Below the pieces are notes generated by a model. That model saw only the letters and a list, made by a program, of their open reading frames with translations. It ran no database searches and had not been told where the DNA came from. From Methanoregula sp. (GTDB lineage: Archaea > Halobacteriota > Methanomicrobia > Methanomicrobiales > Methanospirillaceae), in NCBI GenBank assembly GCA_023228295.1, contig JALOBP010000003.1, positions 1,065 to 65,064 on the forward strand: 64,000 nt of DNA, read 5' to 3'. The position numbers and the translations under genes are program-made. This document shows positions 19,288-30,299 of this stretch, piece by piece; positions within the stretch are counted from its first letter, which is position 1; each line of letters begins with the position of its first letter.

Positions 19288-21594
19288 GTGATGAACCCGG
19301 AAGAGCGACTGCTGGTCGCGATACTTGACGATACGATCCATACCGATACTCCGCATGGTCGGGCTATCAAGCGGGTCGCAAAAGGGCTTGAGGAGTTTGG
19401 GATCACGGTTGCAGATATTGCATCAGCTGCTGATGCCCGGGCCGCGTATCCTGCCATGCCCGATGTCGATTGTTTTCTCATCAACTGGAACCTTGGCGGG
19501 GATACGCCGGAAAAGCATACCGAGACGGTTGGCCTTATCGACGAGATCCGGAAACGGAACGAGGATATCCCGATCTTTCTCATGGGGGAACCCACAACGT
19601 TACCCCCGACTACTCTCACTCTCGATATGATCAGGGAGATCAATGAATACATCTGGGTGATGGAGGACACGCCGGAGTTCATTGCCGGGCGTATCACTGC
19701 TGCGGCAAAACGGTACCGGGAAAAACTCCTGCCCCCGTTCTTTAAAGAACTTGTCAGCTTTTCCAGGGATTTCGAATATTCATGGCACACGCCGGGCCAC
19801 GCAGGGGGCATTGCATTCCGGAAATCTCCGGCCGGCCGGGCATTCTTTGATTTTTTTGGGGAGCAGCTTTTCCGGTCGGACCTCTCCATCTCCGTGGGAG
19901 AACTGGGATCGCTCCTCGACCATTCCGGTCCTGTTGGCGAGGCCGAGCGGTATGCAGCAAAGGTCTTTGGCGCTGACATGACCTACTTCGTGACCAACGG
20001 CACATCGACCGCCAACAAGATCGTCTTCTTTGGCAGGGTGACAAAAGACGATATCGTGCTGGTTGACCGGAACTGCCACAAGTCTGCCGAGCACGCGATT
20101 ACCATGACCCATGCCGTGGCAGTCTACCTCATCCCTACCCGCAACCGGTACGGGATCATCGGGCCCATTCCCCCGGACCAGATGACCCCGGAAGCGATCC
20201 GGGAGAAGATCGGTTCATGTCCCACGGCAAAGACCTGCGAGAGCCAGGTCCCGGTACATGCCATCATCACCAACTCCACCTATGACGGGCTCTGCTACCA
20301 TGCGGGACTGGTCGAGGACCTTCTCGGAAAGAGCGTGGACAGTATCCATTTCGATGAGGCCTGGTATGCCTATGCCCGCTTCAACCCGCTCTACCGCGAC
20401 CGGTTCGCCATGCGGGACGGGGCAAAGAACGAAAAAGGCCCAACGGTCTTTGCCACCCAGTCCACCCACAAGCTCCTCGCCGCACTCTCGCAGGCATCCA
20501 TGGTGCATATCCGGAACGGTCGCATCCCCATGGAGCATGACCGGTTCAACGAAGGCTTCATGATGCACACTTCGACCTCACCGCTGTATACCATCATCGC
20601 GTCCTGCGATGTCTCGTCAAAGATGATGGATGGAGCAGGGGGGCGCGTGCTCACGACAGAATCAATCGAGGAGGCAATCCGGTTCCGACGGATCATGGCA
20701 AGGATCGGGCGGGAAATCGGGCATATGAAGACGAAGAGCGACTGGTGGTTCGGCATGTGGCAGCCGGATATGATTCTCGATCCTGCAACAAAAACCAGGA
20801 TCGCGTTTGCCGATGCCCAGCTTGACACCCTCCGTGACAATCCTTCGTGCTGGGTACTCCATCCCGGCGAAACATGGCACGGGTTCACCGGGCTCCCGGA
20901 CAATTATTGCATGCTCGACCCGATCAAGGTCACGGTGCTTATGCCCGGAGTAAACGAGGACGGGACGCTCGCAGACTGGGGCATCCCTGCAGCAATCGTG
21001 GTGAAATTCCTTGACACGAAGGGGATCATCAACGAGAAGTCCGGCGATTATTCCATCCTCTTCCTCTTCTCCATGGGGATCACCAAGGGGAAGTGGGGGA
21101 CTCTTGTGACCGAACTCTTCGAGTTCAAGCGGCACTACGATGAGGATGCGCTTCTTGAGGATGTGTTTGCAGACCTCCCGAAAACGTACCCGGAACGCTA
21201 CAAGGACATGACGATCAAGGGACTCGTTGCCGAGATGCATGCGTTCAAGAAGGAACACCGGATGTGCGAACTCCTCCAGCAGGCGTTCTCGGTCCTGCCG
21301 GAACCCGCCATGTCCTATGCCGAAGCATTCCGCAGGCTGGTGAAGAACGAAGTCGAACAGGTACCGGTCGAAAAGGCCGGCAACAGGACGGTCGCCACCG
21401 GCATTGTTCCCTATCCCCCCGGCATTCCGCTCCTCGCACCCGGTGAGCGGACGGGAAAACTGGAAGGGCCGGTCCTCCAGTACCTCAAATGCCTGCAGGA
21501 CTTCGACAACCGGTTCCCCGGGTTCTCCCATGACACTCATGGGATTGAGATGGTCAACGGCCAGTACGTGATGTACTGCACAAAGGAGCGGTGA
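19288..21594 (+). CDS. Wing-domain PLP-dependent Lys/Arg/Orn decarboxylase (CadA/LdcI/AdiA class)
   Basis: Receiver-like N-terminal wing, WHTPGH, SDLSISVGELGSLLDHSGP, VTNGTSTANKIV, HFDEAW, PLP-lysine TQSTHK, PYPPGIP. Confidence 0.93.
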   Translation: MMNPEERLLVAILDDTIHTDTPHGRAIKRVAKGLEEFGITVADIASAADARAAYPAMPDVDCFLINWNLGGDTPEKHTETVGLIDEIRKRNEDIPIFLMGEPTTLPPTTLTLDMIREINEYIWVMEDTPEFIAGRITAAAKRYREKLLPPFFKELVSFSRDFEYSWHTPGHAGGIAFRKSPAGRAFFDFFGEQLFRSDLSISVGELGSLLDHSGPVGEAERYAAKVFGADMTYFVTNGTSTANKIVFFGRVTKDDIVLVDRNCHKSAEHAITMTHAVAVYLIPTRNRYGIIGPIPPDQMTPEAIREKIGSCPTAKTCESQVPVHAIITNSTYDGLCYHAGLVEDLLGKSVDSIHFDEAWYAYARFNPLYRDRFAMRDGAKNEKGPTVFATQSTHKLLAALSQASMVHIRNGRIPMEHDRFNEGFMMHTSTSPLYTIIASCDVSSKMMDGAGGRVLTTESIEEAIRFRRIMARIGREIGHMKTKSDWWFGMWQPDMILDPATKTRIAFADAQLDTLRDNPSCWVLHPGETWHGFTGLPDNYCMLDPIKVTVLMPGVNEDGTLADWGIPAAIVVKFLDTKGIINEKSGDYSILFLFSMGITKGKWGTLVTELFEFKRHYDEDALLEDVFADLPKTYPERYKDMTIKGLVAEMHAFKKEHRMCELLQQAFSVLPEPAMSYAEAFRRLVKNEVEQVPVEKAGNRTVATGIVPYPPGIPLLAPGERTGKLEGPVLQYLKCLQDFDNRFPGFSHDTHGIEMVNGQYVMYCTKER

Positions 21595-23030
21595 CAATGG
21601 GAGATCCCCTGGCCGTCGATACACCCGGCATCCCGAGAAAAAAAGTGCTGGGCCTCTTTGCCCTTGCCATGATCAACGTGGCAGCCGTGCTCAGTATCCG
21701 TAATTTTCCCTCGATGGCAGTCTATGGCTGGTCCTGCATCGGCTGGTACGTTATCGGCGCCATCTTCTTTTTGATCCCCATCTCCCTTGCCGGTGCGGAA
21801 CTCGCTACCGGCTGGCCGGAAGGGGGCGGTGTGTATGCATGGGTGAAGCAGGCCTTTGGCGAGAAAGGCGGGTTTACCGCGCTCTTCTGCGAATGGTCCA
21901 ACAACCTTGTCTGGTTCCCGACCGTCCTCTCGTTCATCGCCTCGACACTCGCGTTCGCCCTGACACCATCGCTTGCAACAAGCGGCCTGTACATGTTCAC
22001 GGTCATGATGATCGCGTTCTGGGGCACAACCGCTATCGCATATTTCGGCGAGGAGGTTTCGACGAAATTTGGCAACGTCGGCGTAATACTCGGCAGCATC
22101 ATTCCATCTGTCCTGATCATCATCCTCGGGGTCTGGTGGCTGGGCTCCGGGGCCGCCATCGTTCTGCCGCCGTTCTCGTTCAGTGCCATGGTCCCGACCA
22201 TCAGCCTTGCAACCCTGCCATTCTTTTCAACAGTCATCCTCCTTTTTGCAGGCATGGAGATGGCCGGGTTCCATGCCCTCGAGACAAAAAATCCCCAGGA
22301 GGATTACCCCAAAGCCATGGCCTTATCCGCGATAATCATCGTGGCCTGCACGGTCCTTGCCACCATTGCCATTGCAATCGTCATCCCGGTTGACCAGCTC
22401 AGCCTCGCGTCCGGGGTCATGCAGGCGATCCAGTACTTCTTCAATGCCGCCCAGATCCCGTGGATGGTGGCGCCGATGGCAGTCCTCATCACGCTCGGAG
22501 GCGTGGTTTCGCTCGCTGCCTGGCTGATTGGCCCGGCCAAGGGACTTGGAATTGTCGCAGAAGAGGGGAATATGCCCCCGATCTTTGATCGGACAAACAA
22601 ATATGGCGCCCCTGTTGCAGTTCTCGTCATCCAGGCACTCATCGGTTCGGCAGTCTCGCTCCTGTATGTTTTCCTCCCGTCCGTCAACCAGGCGTACTGG
22701 ATCCTCTCGGCAATGACCGTCGAGCTGCTTTGCATCGTGTACGTCCTTGTCTTTGCCGCGGTCATCAAACTCCGGTACAGCCAGCCGGATACGCCGCGCC
22801 CGTTCAGGATCCCCGGGGGCATGCCGGGCATCTGGATCGTGGGGGGTCTTGGGATACTGGGTACCACCTTTGCCTTCATTGTCGGGCTCATGCCCCCCTC
22901 GTACTTCCAGACCAGCGGGCTGGTCTATGTCGGGTCGGTCCTTCTCGGTACTTTCCTGCTCGCGGTTCCTCCGCTGGTGTTCCTGCACCTGAAAAATCCC
23001 GCGTGGCTGAAGAAAGGAGGTGTCCCATGA
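21591..23030 (+). CDS. APC-family amino acid/amine antiporter (GadC/AdiC/CadB-like)
   Basis: About 12 TM helices, EGGGVYAWVKQAFG, FAGMEMAG; start overlaps the decarboxylase stop codon. Confidence 0.88.
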   Translation: MTMGDPLAVDTPGIPRKKVLGLFALAMINVAAVLSIRNFPSMAVYGWSCIGWYVIGAIFFLIPISLAGAELATGWPEGGGVYAWVKQAFGEKGGFTALFCEWSNNLVWFPTVLSFIASTLAFALTPSLATSGLYMFTVMMIAFWGTTAIAYFGEEVSTKFGNVGVILGSIIPSVLIIILGVWWLGSGAAIVLPPFSFSAMVPTISLATLPFFSTVILLFAGMEMAGFHALETKNPQEDYPKAMALSAIIIVACTVLATIAIAIVIPVDQLSLASGVMQAIQYFFNAAQIPWMVAPMAVLITLGGVVSLAAWLIGPAKGLGIVAEEGNMPPIFDRTNKYGAPVAVLVIQALIGSAVSLLYVFLPSVNQAYWILSAMTVELLCIVYVLVFAAVIKLRYSQPDTPRPFRIPGGMPGIWIVGGLGILGTTFAFIVGLMPPSYFQTSGLVYVGSVLLGTFLLAVPPLVFLHLKNPAWLKKGGVP

Positions 23031-23467
23031 CCCCGGTTACCCGCCATGAGGCAGCGCTCGTGATCTTCCTCTTCGCCATTGCCCTTATCCCAGTCGGGAT
23101 TGTGATCCTTATGGGTTCCCATGTGCCCTATTACCCGGTCAGTGGCGAGCCCGTCAGGGAACTGCTGGACGCTGAAGGCATCAGCATCGTGAGTATTCAG
23201 GATAGCCAATGGAATATGCCGGGAGCAGTAGGGGGAAAAACGTACGTGATCCTTGATACAGACAACCGGCAGACCATCATTGCGACCCAGAATTTTGAGA
23301 GCGGGGATGCACGCGATGCCGCCATCCGCTCATGGCATACCAGTACAACCGGGCGCGGAAAACCGACCGGCAGCCTGTTTGTCATCGGCCAGCAGCTGAT
23401 CGTGATATCCCCGTCAGACAGGCCGTTGCTGGAAACCCTTGGTGCCAGCCTGAACGGAAACCAGTAA
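23027..23467 (+). CDS. Hypothetical membrane-anchored protein, third gene of the decarboxylase operon
   Basis: ATGA overlap with the antiporter stop; AGGAGG upstream; single N-terminal TM helix. Confidence 0.65.
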   Translation: MTPVTRHEAALVIFLFAIALIPVGIVILMGSHVPYYPVSGEPVRELLDAEGISIVSIQDSQWNMPGAVGGKTYVILDTDNRQTIIATQNFESGDARDAAIRSWHTSTTGRGKPTGSLFVIGQQLIVISPSDRPLLETLGASLNGNQ

Positions 23468-23541
23468 TCTTTTTTTTGGTATCCTGTTATCCCGGATAGT
23501 ATCATTCCGATATGCGGGGGAAAGAGTGGCACTCTTCCGCG

Positions 23542-24660
23542 TCAGTCCTTCCGGATATGGCCCGTGATGACCATCCGGGTCGTGGTGTCCAGCAGGACCG
23601 AGAAGTCAAGGTCCACGACAAATACCGGGAACGTGCCAAGGAGGGTATTGCGTTTGATTAAGTAGATCCGGGATTCGAGCATGGCGGAGGTTGTTTCATA
23701 CTCCTCGTCCGGATCCCTGCTTCCAGCTGCAGCAGTATTGCAGGCGGCATCAGCCTCATCCAGCAGTTCCACAAGGGCGCTTTCCCGGTGGTCCAGCAGC
23801 CGTTCTGCCATTGCCCGGCTCGTGATGCCGTGGATGGCCCGGATGAGGAAGTACTGGCTCACTACAAGGACGAGGATGAGACTGAAACGGTGGGCGATGT
23901 CCGTTAAGCCGGACTGGGTGACAAAGGCATCCAGCGTCATCCCCGGCAGGAGGATGATCGTGGTTAAGAAGACCAGGACAACCAGAAGGAATCCAACAAG
24001 GAACATGACCGAGATGAGCCATGCGGGCAGGTCCTGTGCAAGCCGGTTCCGCACCTTGTCAAGGTCCCGGCTGAAACGTGAGGTGAACGGTTCGGTCCGC
24101 CAGACAAGGTAGTAAAAGGCGATGAAGAAGATCGACTGGCCGATGATGATCGCGGTTGTGTGAAGCGGGAGCCCTTTGAGGAAATCGATGAGCACCATCA
24201 GGATATCGACCGCGAACAAAAGGCCGATCCCCAGAGAGAGACCCCGGCTGTTGATCAGGAACGAGTTGATGAAGATCCGGGTAAACCGGGTCGTGCTGGT
24301 CTTCACCCCGTTCTCCTTTAGCCAGCTCTGGAACTTTGCGATCTCCGGCATGGACATCTGTCCGCCCCCGGCACTCGTCGGGATCAAAAGCGTGATGAAG
24401 TACCCCATGTTCAGGTAAAAACTGGCAGCGATAAAGAGCGTGAAATAATCGGGCCGGAATAGAAGGTATAAGCCGTTGATAAGGATACAGCCAAGCAGGA
24501 CCATGATTTCCCAGCTCCGCCGTGATCCCGGGGCAAGGAGGGCTCCCCTGTTGGTGCGGACGGTTTGTAATTCCCGGGCGATCATGTCGCGGACAGGGAT
24601 ATCGGGAGCAGTACCGGGAAGGGTTGTAGCAGCTGGGTTTTGCAGGGTCATGCAGATCAC
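23542..24660 (-). CDS. Hypothetical multi-TM membrane protein
   Basis: 372-aa ORF with about 6 hydrophobic helices and genome-typical codon use. Confidence 0.7.
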   Translation of the reverse strand: MICMTLQNPAATTLPGTAPDIPVRDMIARELQTVRTNRGALLAPGSRRSWEIMVLLGCILINGLYLLFRPDYFTLFIAASFYLNMGYFITLLIPTSAGGGQMSMPEIAKFQSWLKENGVKTSTTRFTRIFINSFLINSRGLSLGIGLLFAVDILMVLIDFLKGLPLHTTAIIIGQSIFFIAFYYLVWRTEPFTSRFSRDLDKVRNRLAQDLPAWLISVMFLVGFLLVVLVFLTTIILLPGMTLDAFVTQSGLTDIAHRFSLILVLVVSQYFLIRAIHGITSRAMAERLLDHRESALVELLDEADAACNTAAAGSRDPDEEYETTSAMLESRIYLIKRNTLLGTFPVFVVDLDFSVLLDTTTRMVITGHIRKD

Positions 24661-24891
24661 CGGAACAGGTTGGTATAACTACGCAGGAGACGGGGTCGTG
24701 TCACACGGGATACACAATCATCGGTTGCTGGTTGTTTAAAGATTGCCACTCACGGCTTTCAAAGCCCTGGATCAACGCAAAAAGGTGGAATGTGCACTTC
24801 ACACCAGCAGGATAGTTATCATGACAGCAGAGATTTTGTAGTTGTATCGCTAATTATAGTACAGATCAATTAAAAACCCGGGTATTCTGGA

Positions 24892-25479
24892 ATGGGAAAA
24901 ATGCTTGATACGAAAACTTCATGCCTGTTGCGGGGAATTATTGGCGTAATATTTGGATTTCTTGCCCTGATGATCCCAGAAACTGTCACGGTCACCTTTT
25001 CTGGTTTATTCCTTGTATTCATTGGGCTCGGGATGGCCCTCTTCCTCTTCCTTGCGATCACTTCCCGGAGTGACGAATCGATGTTCTGGTTTGGGCTCTC
25101 GGCGATACTCCTGGTAATCGCTATCATCTCAACCTTCCTTTTCGATATTGCCGGAATCCTGTTGATCATTATCATAGCAGCAATCGCAGCGTATAACGGA
25201 TTTTACGATATCACGATAGCCATGACCCACCCGAAGAGCAAGTACATCCTCATTCCGGCGATGATCCTAACGGGTGTTGCCCTGCTCTGCATTTTCTACC
25301 TCTACTTCCCGAACTTCAACAACCACCTCAATGTTTCAATTGTGGGAACCCTCGCGTTCACGTTCGGGCTTTTTTCCATCGGCATGGGGTATTTCAAACC
25401 CGGGCAAGCCGATGTGGATGAGGTTCCGGTGCAGAAAGCCAACCGTATATTCCGTTGGCCGGATGCAAAGAAGAAATAA
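24892..25479 (+). CDS. DUF308/HdeD-like membrane protein
   Basis: LLRGIIGVIFGFLALMIP start, six TM helices. Confidence 0.65.
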   Translation: MGKMLDTKTSCLLRGIIGVIFGFLALMIPETVTVTFSGLFLVFIGLGMALFLFLAITSRSDESMFWFGLSAILLVIAIISTFLFDIAGILLIIIIAAIAAYNGFYDITIAMTHPKSKYILIPAMILTGVALLCIFYLYFPNFNNHLNVSIVGTLAFTFGLFSIGMGYFKPGQADVDEVPVQKANRIFRWPDAKKK

Positions 25480-25519
25480 TCTTCATCATTCGCAACAGTT
25501 TATTTTACGGTATATTCGT

Positions 25520-26665
25520 ATGAAGCATGATGTGATCGTTGTTGGTGCAGGGCCTGCCGGCAGCGCTGCTGCTGCTGAGTGTGCAAGGCTTGGCCTTTCA
25601 ACGCTCTGCATCGAAGAGCACGGGACCATCGGGTTTCCGGTCCAGTGCGCCGGGCTCCTCTCAACTGCAGCATTTGACGGATGTAGGGTCTCGGAACGAT
25701 CGGTGTTGAACCGGGTCTGCGGAGCCCGTGTCATCTCCGAAACCGGGAGTGTTCTTACCTTTGATGCCGGCACGACAAAGGCAGTAGTGGTGGACCGGGG
25801 TATCCTGGACCGGGAGATGGCAGAGGTTGCAGCAGATGCCGGTGTGGAGTTCCGTATGAAAACCTCGGTCTGTTCCCTTGGAGAGAACTTTGTCTGCACC
25901 CGGGGGGTATACGGCCATGAGGAGTTTCCCTTCAGGATCTTGATTGCAGCCGACGGTCCTCGCAGTACGGTAGCCCGGCTTCTGGGAATGCAGCGTGCCA
26001 GGACCTACCTTGCCGGGATCCAGGCCGATCTTTGCGGTGAATGCGACCCCCGCATGGTGGAGATCTTCCCGGATGCATCCCCGGAGTTCTTCGGCTGGTC
26101 AATCCCGACCGGACCCGGGAGGATCCGGGTCGGCCTCTGTGGCGCAACAAATGTGCCCGGGCTGTTCAATACCTTCCTTAGGCACTTTGGCACAAGCTCT
26201 GCCCACCTTGTCACCGGGACGCTGCCACTGGGCATCATGCCAAAGACCTACGCCAACCGAACGCTCTTTGTGGGCGATGCTGCGGGTTTTGCCAAACCCA
26301 CCTCAGGTGGCGGCATCTACACCGGGGTACGCTCGGCCCGGCATGCCGCGGCAGTTACGGCAGACGCGTGCAGCAGTGATACCTTCACTGATACATTCCT
26401 TGCCGGTTACGAGCAGCGGTGGAGGGGGGATTTCGGGCACGAGCTGGAAGTGGGATATCACTTGTTCACCCTCCGGCAGAAACTGGGCGGGCAGGATATG
26501 GATGCCCTCATCCGTGCACTGAATGACCCGGAGATTGTGCGCACCATCGAAGAGCACGGTGATATGGACCGGCCGGGGACACTCATACGAAAGCTTCTCT
26601 TAAAACCTGCCGTGCTCCGGTTGCTGAAACCCCTGGTCCGCACCGGGCTGCGCTCACTGTTGTAA
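25520..26665 (+). CDS. Geranylgeranyl reductase family FAD oxidoreductase (archaeal lipid reduction)
   Basis: DVIVVGAGPAGS, IGFPVQCAG, AADGPRS, VGDAAGFAKPTSGGGIY. Confidence 0.9.
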   Translation: MKHDVIVVGAGPAGSAAAAECARLGLSTLCIEEHGTIGFPVQCAGLLSTAAFDGCRVSERSVLNRVCGARVISETGSVLTFDAGTTKAVVVDRGILDREMAEVAADAGVEFRMKTSVCSLGENFVCTRGVYGHEEFPFRILIAADGPRSTVARLLGMQRARTYLAGIQADLCGECDPRMVEIFPDASPEFFGWSIPTGPGRIRVGLCGATNVPGLFNTFLRHFGTSSAHLVTGTLPLGIMPKTYANRTLFVGDAAGFAKPTSGGGIYTGVRSARHAAAVTADACSSDTFTDTFLAGYEQRWRGDFGHELEVGYHLFTLRQKLGGQDMDALIRALNDPEIVRTIEEHGDMDRPGTLIRKLLLKPAVLRLLKPLVRTGLRSLL

Positions 26666-26679
26666 TCAATCTATAAAAA

Positions 26680-28152
26680 TCAGGATTTTTCCGATGCCGG
26701 CATCATGATATGGCACCGTTCGGCCTGTTGGTTACGGGGATACCTGTACTTACCCTGCGGTACGCGCATTTCGAACCGTGCACCCCTCTGGTACTCCCCG
26801 TTTTCGCAGATGGTAATTCCTGTGATGGAGAGGATTTCCTGCACGAGGAACAACCCGAGGCCGGTATTTTTACCAAAACCCTTGCCAAAGATACTGGCCT
26901 TGTCAAAGGGGGGAATCCCGGTACCATTGTCCTCTATATGGATCGTCACTTCCCCGTACGGCGATTCCGTTGCGGTGATCCGGAGAAGCGTTACAGGACC
27001 CCCATGCTGGAGTGAGTTTTCAATAACATTGTAAAATGCCCGTTCCAAGTGAGGATCGGCAAAGAGCTCCAGATCCCGCGTATCCGACTGGACCGTGAGA
27101 TTTTTGATATCAATATGCGCACAGGCATGGAAGAAAACGTCGTGCACGTTCTGCCAGACGGGAGCTGTCACGCCAAGATCCTGGTAGAGTTTGGAAAATT
27201 CGATATTCTCCCCGATTATCTTAACCGTGGACATGATCTTTTTTAAGTACATTGAGAAATCAGGTTCCGGTGGCCGGCTTTTCACGAGATCGAGATATCC
27301 GCCGATCACGGTCAGCTTGTTCCGGATGTCATGCCGTGTGATCTCGGTCAGCATGCTGAGTTTTTTATTTGCCAGCTGCAGTGCATCCTGTGTCATCTGG
27401 ATCTCTGAGATGTCGTGGAAGATACCCATAATGCAGTGTCTTCCGCCAAGATCGATGACCGTTGCACTGACTATCATCGGAATATACCTGCCATCAGCGC
27501 CGAGGATGATGAGCGTCAGTGATCCTGATCCATCCCGGGTGATAGTCTCAAATGCTGCCCGGTACTTGTCGTGGTATGCAGGAGGATGGATGGATAAGTG
27601 GGGCCGTGCGGTTATCTCATCAGGGGACAGGCCGGTGATCTCCCGGGCTTTTTTGTTGGCATCGATGAACCTGCCGGATGCAATGTCAATAATGAAGATA
27701 GCATCGCTGGCATGATCCATGAGATTCCGGTTCTTCTCATTCTCACTTTTCAGGGCGTCGACCGTCCGGCGCCGTTCAAGTGCAATGAGGATCTTGTGCC
27801 GGAGCTCGGCGAACTGCGATTTTGCATCGCCGCCTTTCTGGAGATAAAAATCAACACCAAGGTTGATCGCCTCGATCACAACTTCCTCACGGCCCCGCCC
27901 GGTGAAGAGGATGAACGGGAGGTTCCCGTACAGAGAACGGACCTGATTTAAAAACTCGAGGCCGTCCATATCCGGCATCTGGTAATCCGAGATCACGGCA
28001 TCAAATGCCGAGGTGGACAGTTTTTCTAAACCATCCTGCGCTGAGCAGGTTATGGTTACGGAGAATTCCCCGCCCCGTTCGAGAAAGAGCTTGCCAAGAT
28101 CAAGAAGATCCGGTTCGTCATCAACGTACAGGAGAGTTATCATACTGGTCAT
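26680..28152 (-). CDS. Receiver-PAS-histidine kinase hybrid
   Basis: LYVDDEPD..ISDYQMP receiver, PAS, ITRHDIRNKL H-box, NVIENSLQHG, DNGTGI, GLGLFLV. Confidence 0.9.
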   Translation of the reverse strand: MTSMITLLYVDDEPDLLDLGKLFLERGGEFSVTITCSAQDGLEKLSTSAFDAVISDYQMPDMDGLEFLNQVRSLYGNLPFILFTGRGREEVVIEAINLGVDFYLQKGGDAKSQFAELRHKILIALERRRTVDALKSENEKNRNLMDHASDAIFIIDIASGRFIDANKKAREITGLSPDEITARPHLSIHPPAYHDKYRAAFETITRDGSGSLTLIILGADGRYIPMIVSATVIDLGGRHCIMGIFHDISEIQMTQDALQLANKKLSMLTEITRHDIRNKLTVIGGYLDLVKSRPPEPDFSMYLKKIMSTVKIIGENIEFSKLYQDLGVTAPVWQNVHDVFFHACAHIDIKNLTVQSDTRDLELFADPHLERAFYNVIENSLQHGGPVTLLRITATESPYGEVTIHIEDNGTGIPPFDKASIFGKGFGKNTGLGLFLVQEILSITGITICENGEYQRGARFEMRVPQGKYRYPRNQQAERCHIMMPASEKS

Positions 28153-28445
28153 TTATTTGTTACAGGGGGATATATTTTTTTATCAGCAGTTTTTTTTATA
28201 AAAATGTTTGTAATTATCCACTCAATGCTGTTCAGGTAGTTCTGCGAAATGGGCAAGGATCGTTAAAAATGGTATATCCTCCGGTATCCGGATTATTACC
28301 ATCTCGTACGTCTCTCTTTCCGGCAATGCAAACCCCCGGCAGATTCCTCCCGCATACTATGGCGGGAGAAAAAAGCTGGGCATGGAGAATGTACTTATTC
28401 AAGCGGAGAGTATTTTCCCCTAACCCCCCCAAGAGGAATTCTGGT

Positions 28446-29606
28446 ATGATCCGTATTGAACTGGGAACCACACCAAAAGAACAGGAGCAGTCCATCTTAG
28501 TTGCTATCGTCTGCCTCACGATTGGTATCTTTGCAGCCGACATCCTCCTTCCCCTTGGTTTCGTCATCTGGATCCTGTACCTTGTCCCGCTTCTGATGTC
28601 TGTCTGGCTTCCGCACCGGTATGCACCCTTTCTCATGGCATGTGTTCTGTCCGGGGCACTGCCTCTCGGGGGCCTGATTACGGGATCTGAGCAGGGACGC
28701 GTCTCCGATCTCCCGTATCGTGCGGTTTTCATTCTGATGATCGCCGTCATTTCCCTCCTTGCGTGGGAGATCCGGAGCAATTATACCAGTCTCAAAGAGG
28801 AGATTGCCGAACGACGCATAGCACAGGAGAATCTCGAGGTGCTGGCCGGGACGCTCGAGAAACGGGTGGGGATGCGGACCGCTGAACTCTCGGATGTGAA
28901 TGCCGAACTGACCCGTGATATTACCGAGCGGTTGCGGATTGAGGAGGCCCTTGCCACCGCGAACCAGAAGCTTTCCCTCCTCGCCCAGATCACCCGCCAC
29001 GATATCTCCAACCGGGTCTTTGCCCTGCTGGTTAATCTCGATCTTGCAAAGGATCAGAGTGCCGCAATGAACGATGCGGCCATGGATGCCAATCTCCGGA
29101 GCATGGAAAAGAATATCCACGGTATCCAGGACCAGATCGCGTTTGCGAAAGATTACCAGGAGATTGGGGCGCAGACCTCTGGCTGGTATCCTGTTGGGGA
29201 AATCATCCACGCTTCGGCAGTTCAGCTGAACCTGGGGAATGTCCAGCTGGATGTCAGCACCGGCCGGCTTGAGATCTTTGCCGATCCGTTGATCGGCAAG
29301 GTCTTTTACAACCTGATCGACAATGCTATACGGCATGGCGGGGATGTCTCCTGTATTACATTTTCCTGTCGGAGAGAAGGGGCCGTGATCATTATTCTCT
29401 GCGAGGATAACGGGGCCGGGATTTCGGAGAGGGATAAGCAGCATATCTTTGCCAAGGGATTCGGTAAGGATTCCGGTCTCGGCCTCTTCCTGATCCGCGA
29501 AATCCTCGGTATCACCGGCATCACGATCCGAGAGACCGGCGAACCTGGGAAAGGCGCCCGCTTCGAACTGACCGTGCCGGAGGGGAAGTTCCGGGATGTA
29601 CCCTGA
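28446..29606 (+). CDS. Membrane-bound histidine kinase
   Basis: N-terminal TM helices, coiled coil, ITRHDISN H-box, NLIDNAIRHG, DNGAGI, GLGLFLI. Confidence 0.9.
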   Translation: MIRIELGTTPKEQEQSILVAIVCLTIGIFAADILLPLGFVIWILYLVPLLMSVWLPHRYAPFLMACVLSGALPLGGLITGSEQGRVSDLPYRAVFILMIAVISLLAWEIRSNYTSLKEEIAERRIAQENLEVLAGTLEKRVGMRTAELSDVNAELTRDITERLRIEEALATANQKLSLLAQITRHDISNRVFALLVNLDLAKDQSAAMNDAAMDANLRSMEKNIHGIQDQIAFAKDYQEIGAQTSGWYPVGEIIHASAVQLNLGNVQLDVSTGRLEIFADPLIGKVFYNLIDNAIRHGGDVSCITFSCRREGAVIIILCEDNGAGISERDKQHIFAKGFGKDSGLGLFLIREILGITGITIRETGEPGKGARFELTVPEGKFRDVP

Positions 29607-29912
29607 TGTGGATGACACCGGTTTCTCTCCCGAATGATTCCACCCGTGCAGGTACTCGTGCAGGTTCCGCCCGGCATTCTGCACTGGTTATGTGCCGGAA
29701 GTCCGGGCTGTCATTATGAAAAAAGTCGACGATTGCGGGTCGGATTCTGTTCATTGTTTGCTCATGCTACTTTTTTCTTTTTGCATCATACCCAATGATA
29801 CAGGGCCCTGTTTTTTTTTTGAAAATACGCGAAATGATAAATATTTTAGTAATTCCAAACTCAAATTAAAATTATCCTGATCACAAAATATTTTAACGAG
29901 CCCCTGATATGT

Positions 29913-30299
29913 GTGTTCATGACCGCGCAGGAACACAGGTCTGGAATCCTGGCGGGTAACCCTGTATGCCGCCCGGCCAATGAGGTAATAGACCGGCGGA
30001 TCACGGAGTTCTCGCTCATCCTTGCCGCACTTTTCCTGCTTGATATCATCACCACAGAACTCATCCTCCGTCTGGGCGGGATCGAGTTGAACCCGCTCAT
30101 GGCCGGGGTTGTGACAAGCCCTCTTGTGCATCTCGCGATCAAGGCCGGCACTCTGCTCCTGATCATCATCGTCTCCCATTTTGCTGAGAGCAAAGTAAAG
30201 GGATCCGCGATCGCATTCTACTGCGTTATCATTACGCACTATGTCTTTGTGATCGTCAACAACATGTTCGTGCTCATCCCGCACGTTGCCGGATTATGA
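29913..30299 (+). CDS. DUF5658-like small membrane protein
   Basis: LFLLDIITT..ILRLGGIELNPLM motif. Confidence 0.7.
   Translation: MFMTAQEHRSGILAGNPVCRPANEVIDRRITEFSLILAALFLLDIITTELILRLGGIELNPLMAGVVTSPLVHLAIKAGTLLLIIIVSHFAESKVKGSAIAFYCVIITHYVFVIVNNMFVLIPHVAGL

Noticed and set aside
28497-29684. 395-aa minus-strand ORF
   Set aside because: Antisense shadow of the histidine kinase; no motifs. The same applies to 59783-60847, 20662-21624, 11156-12094 and 56724-57569.
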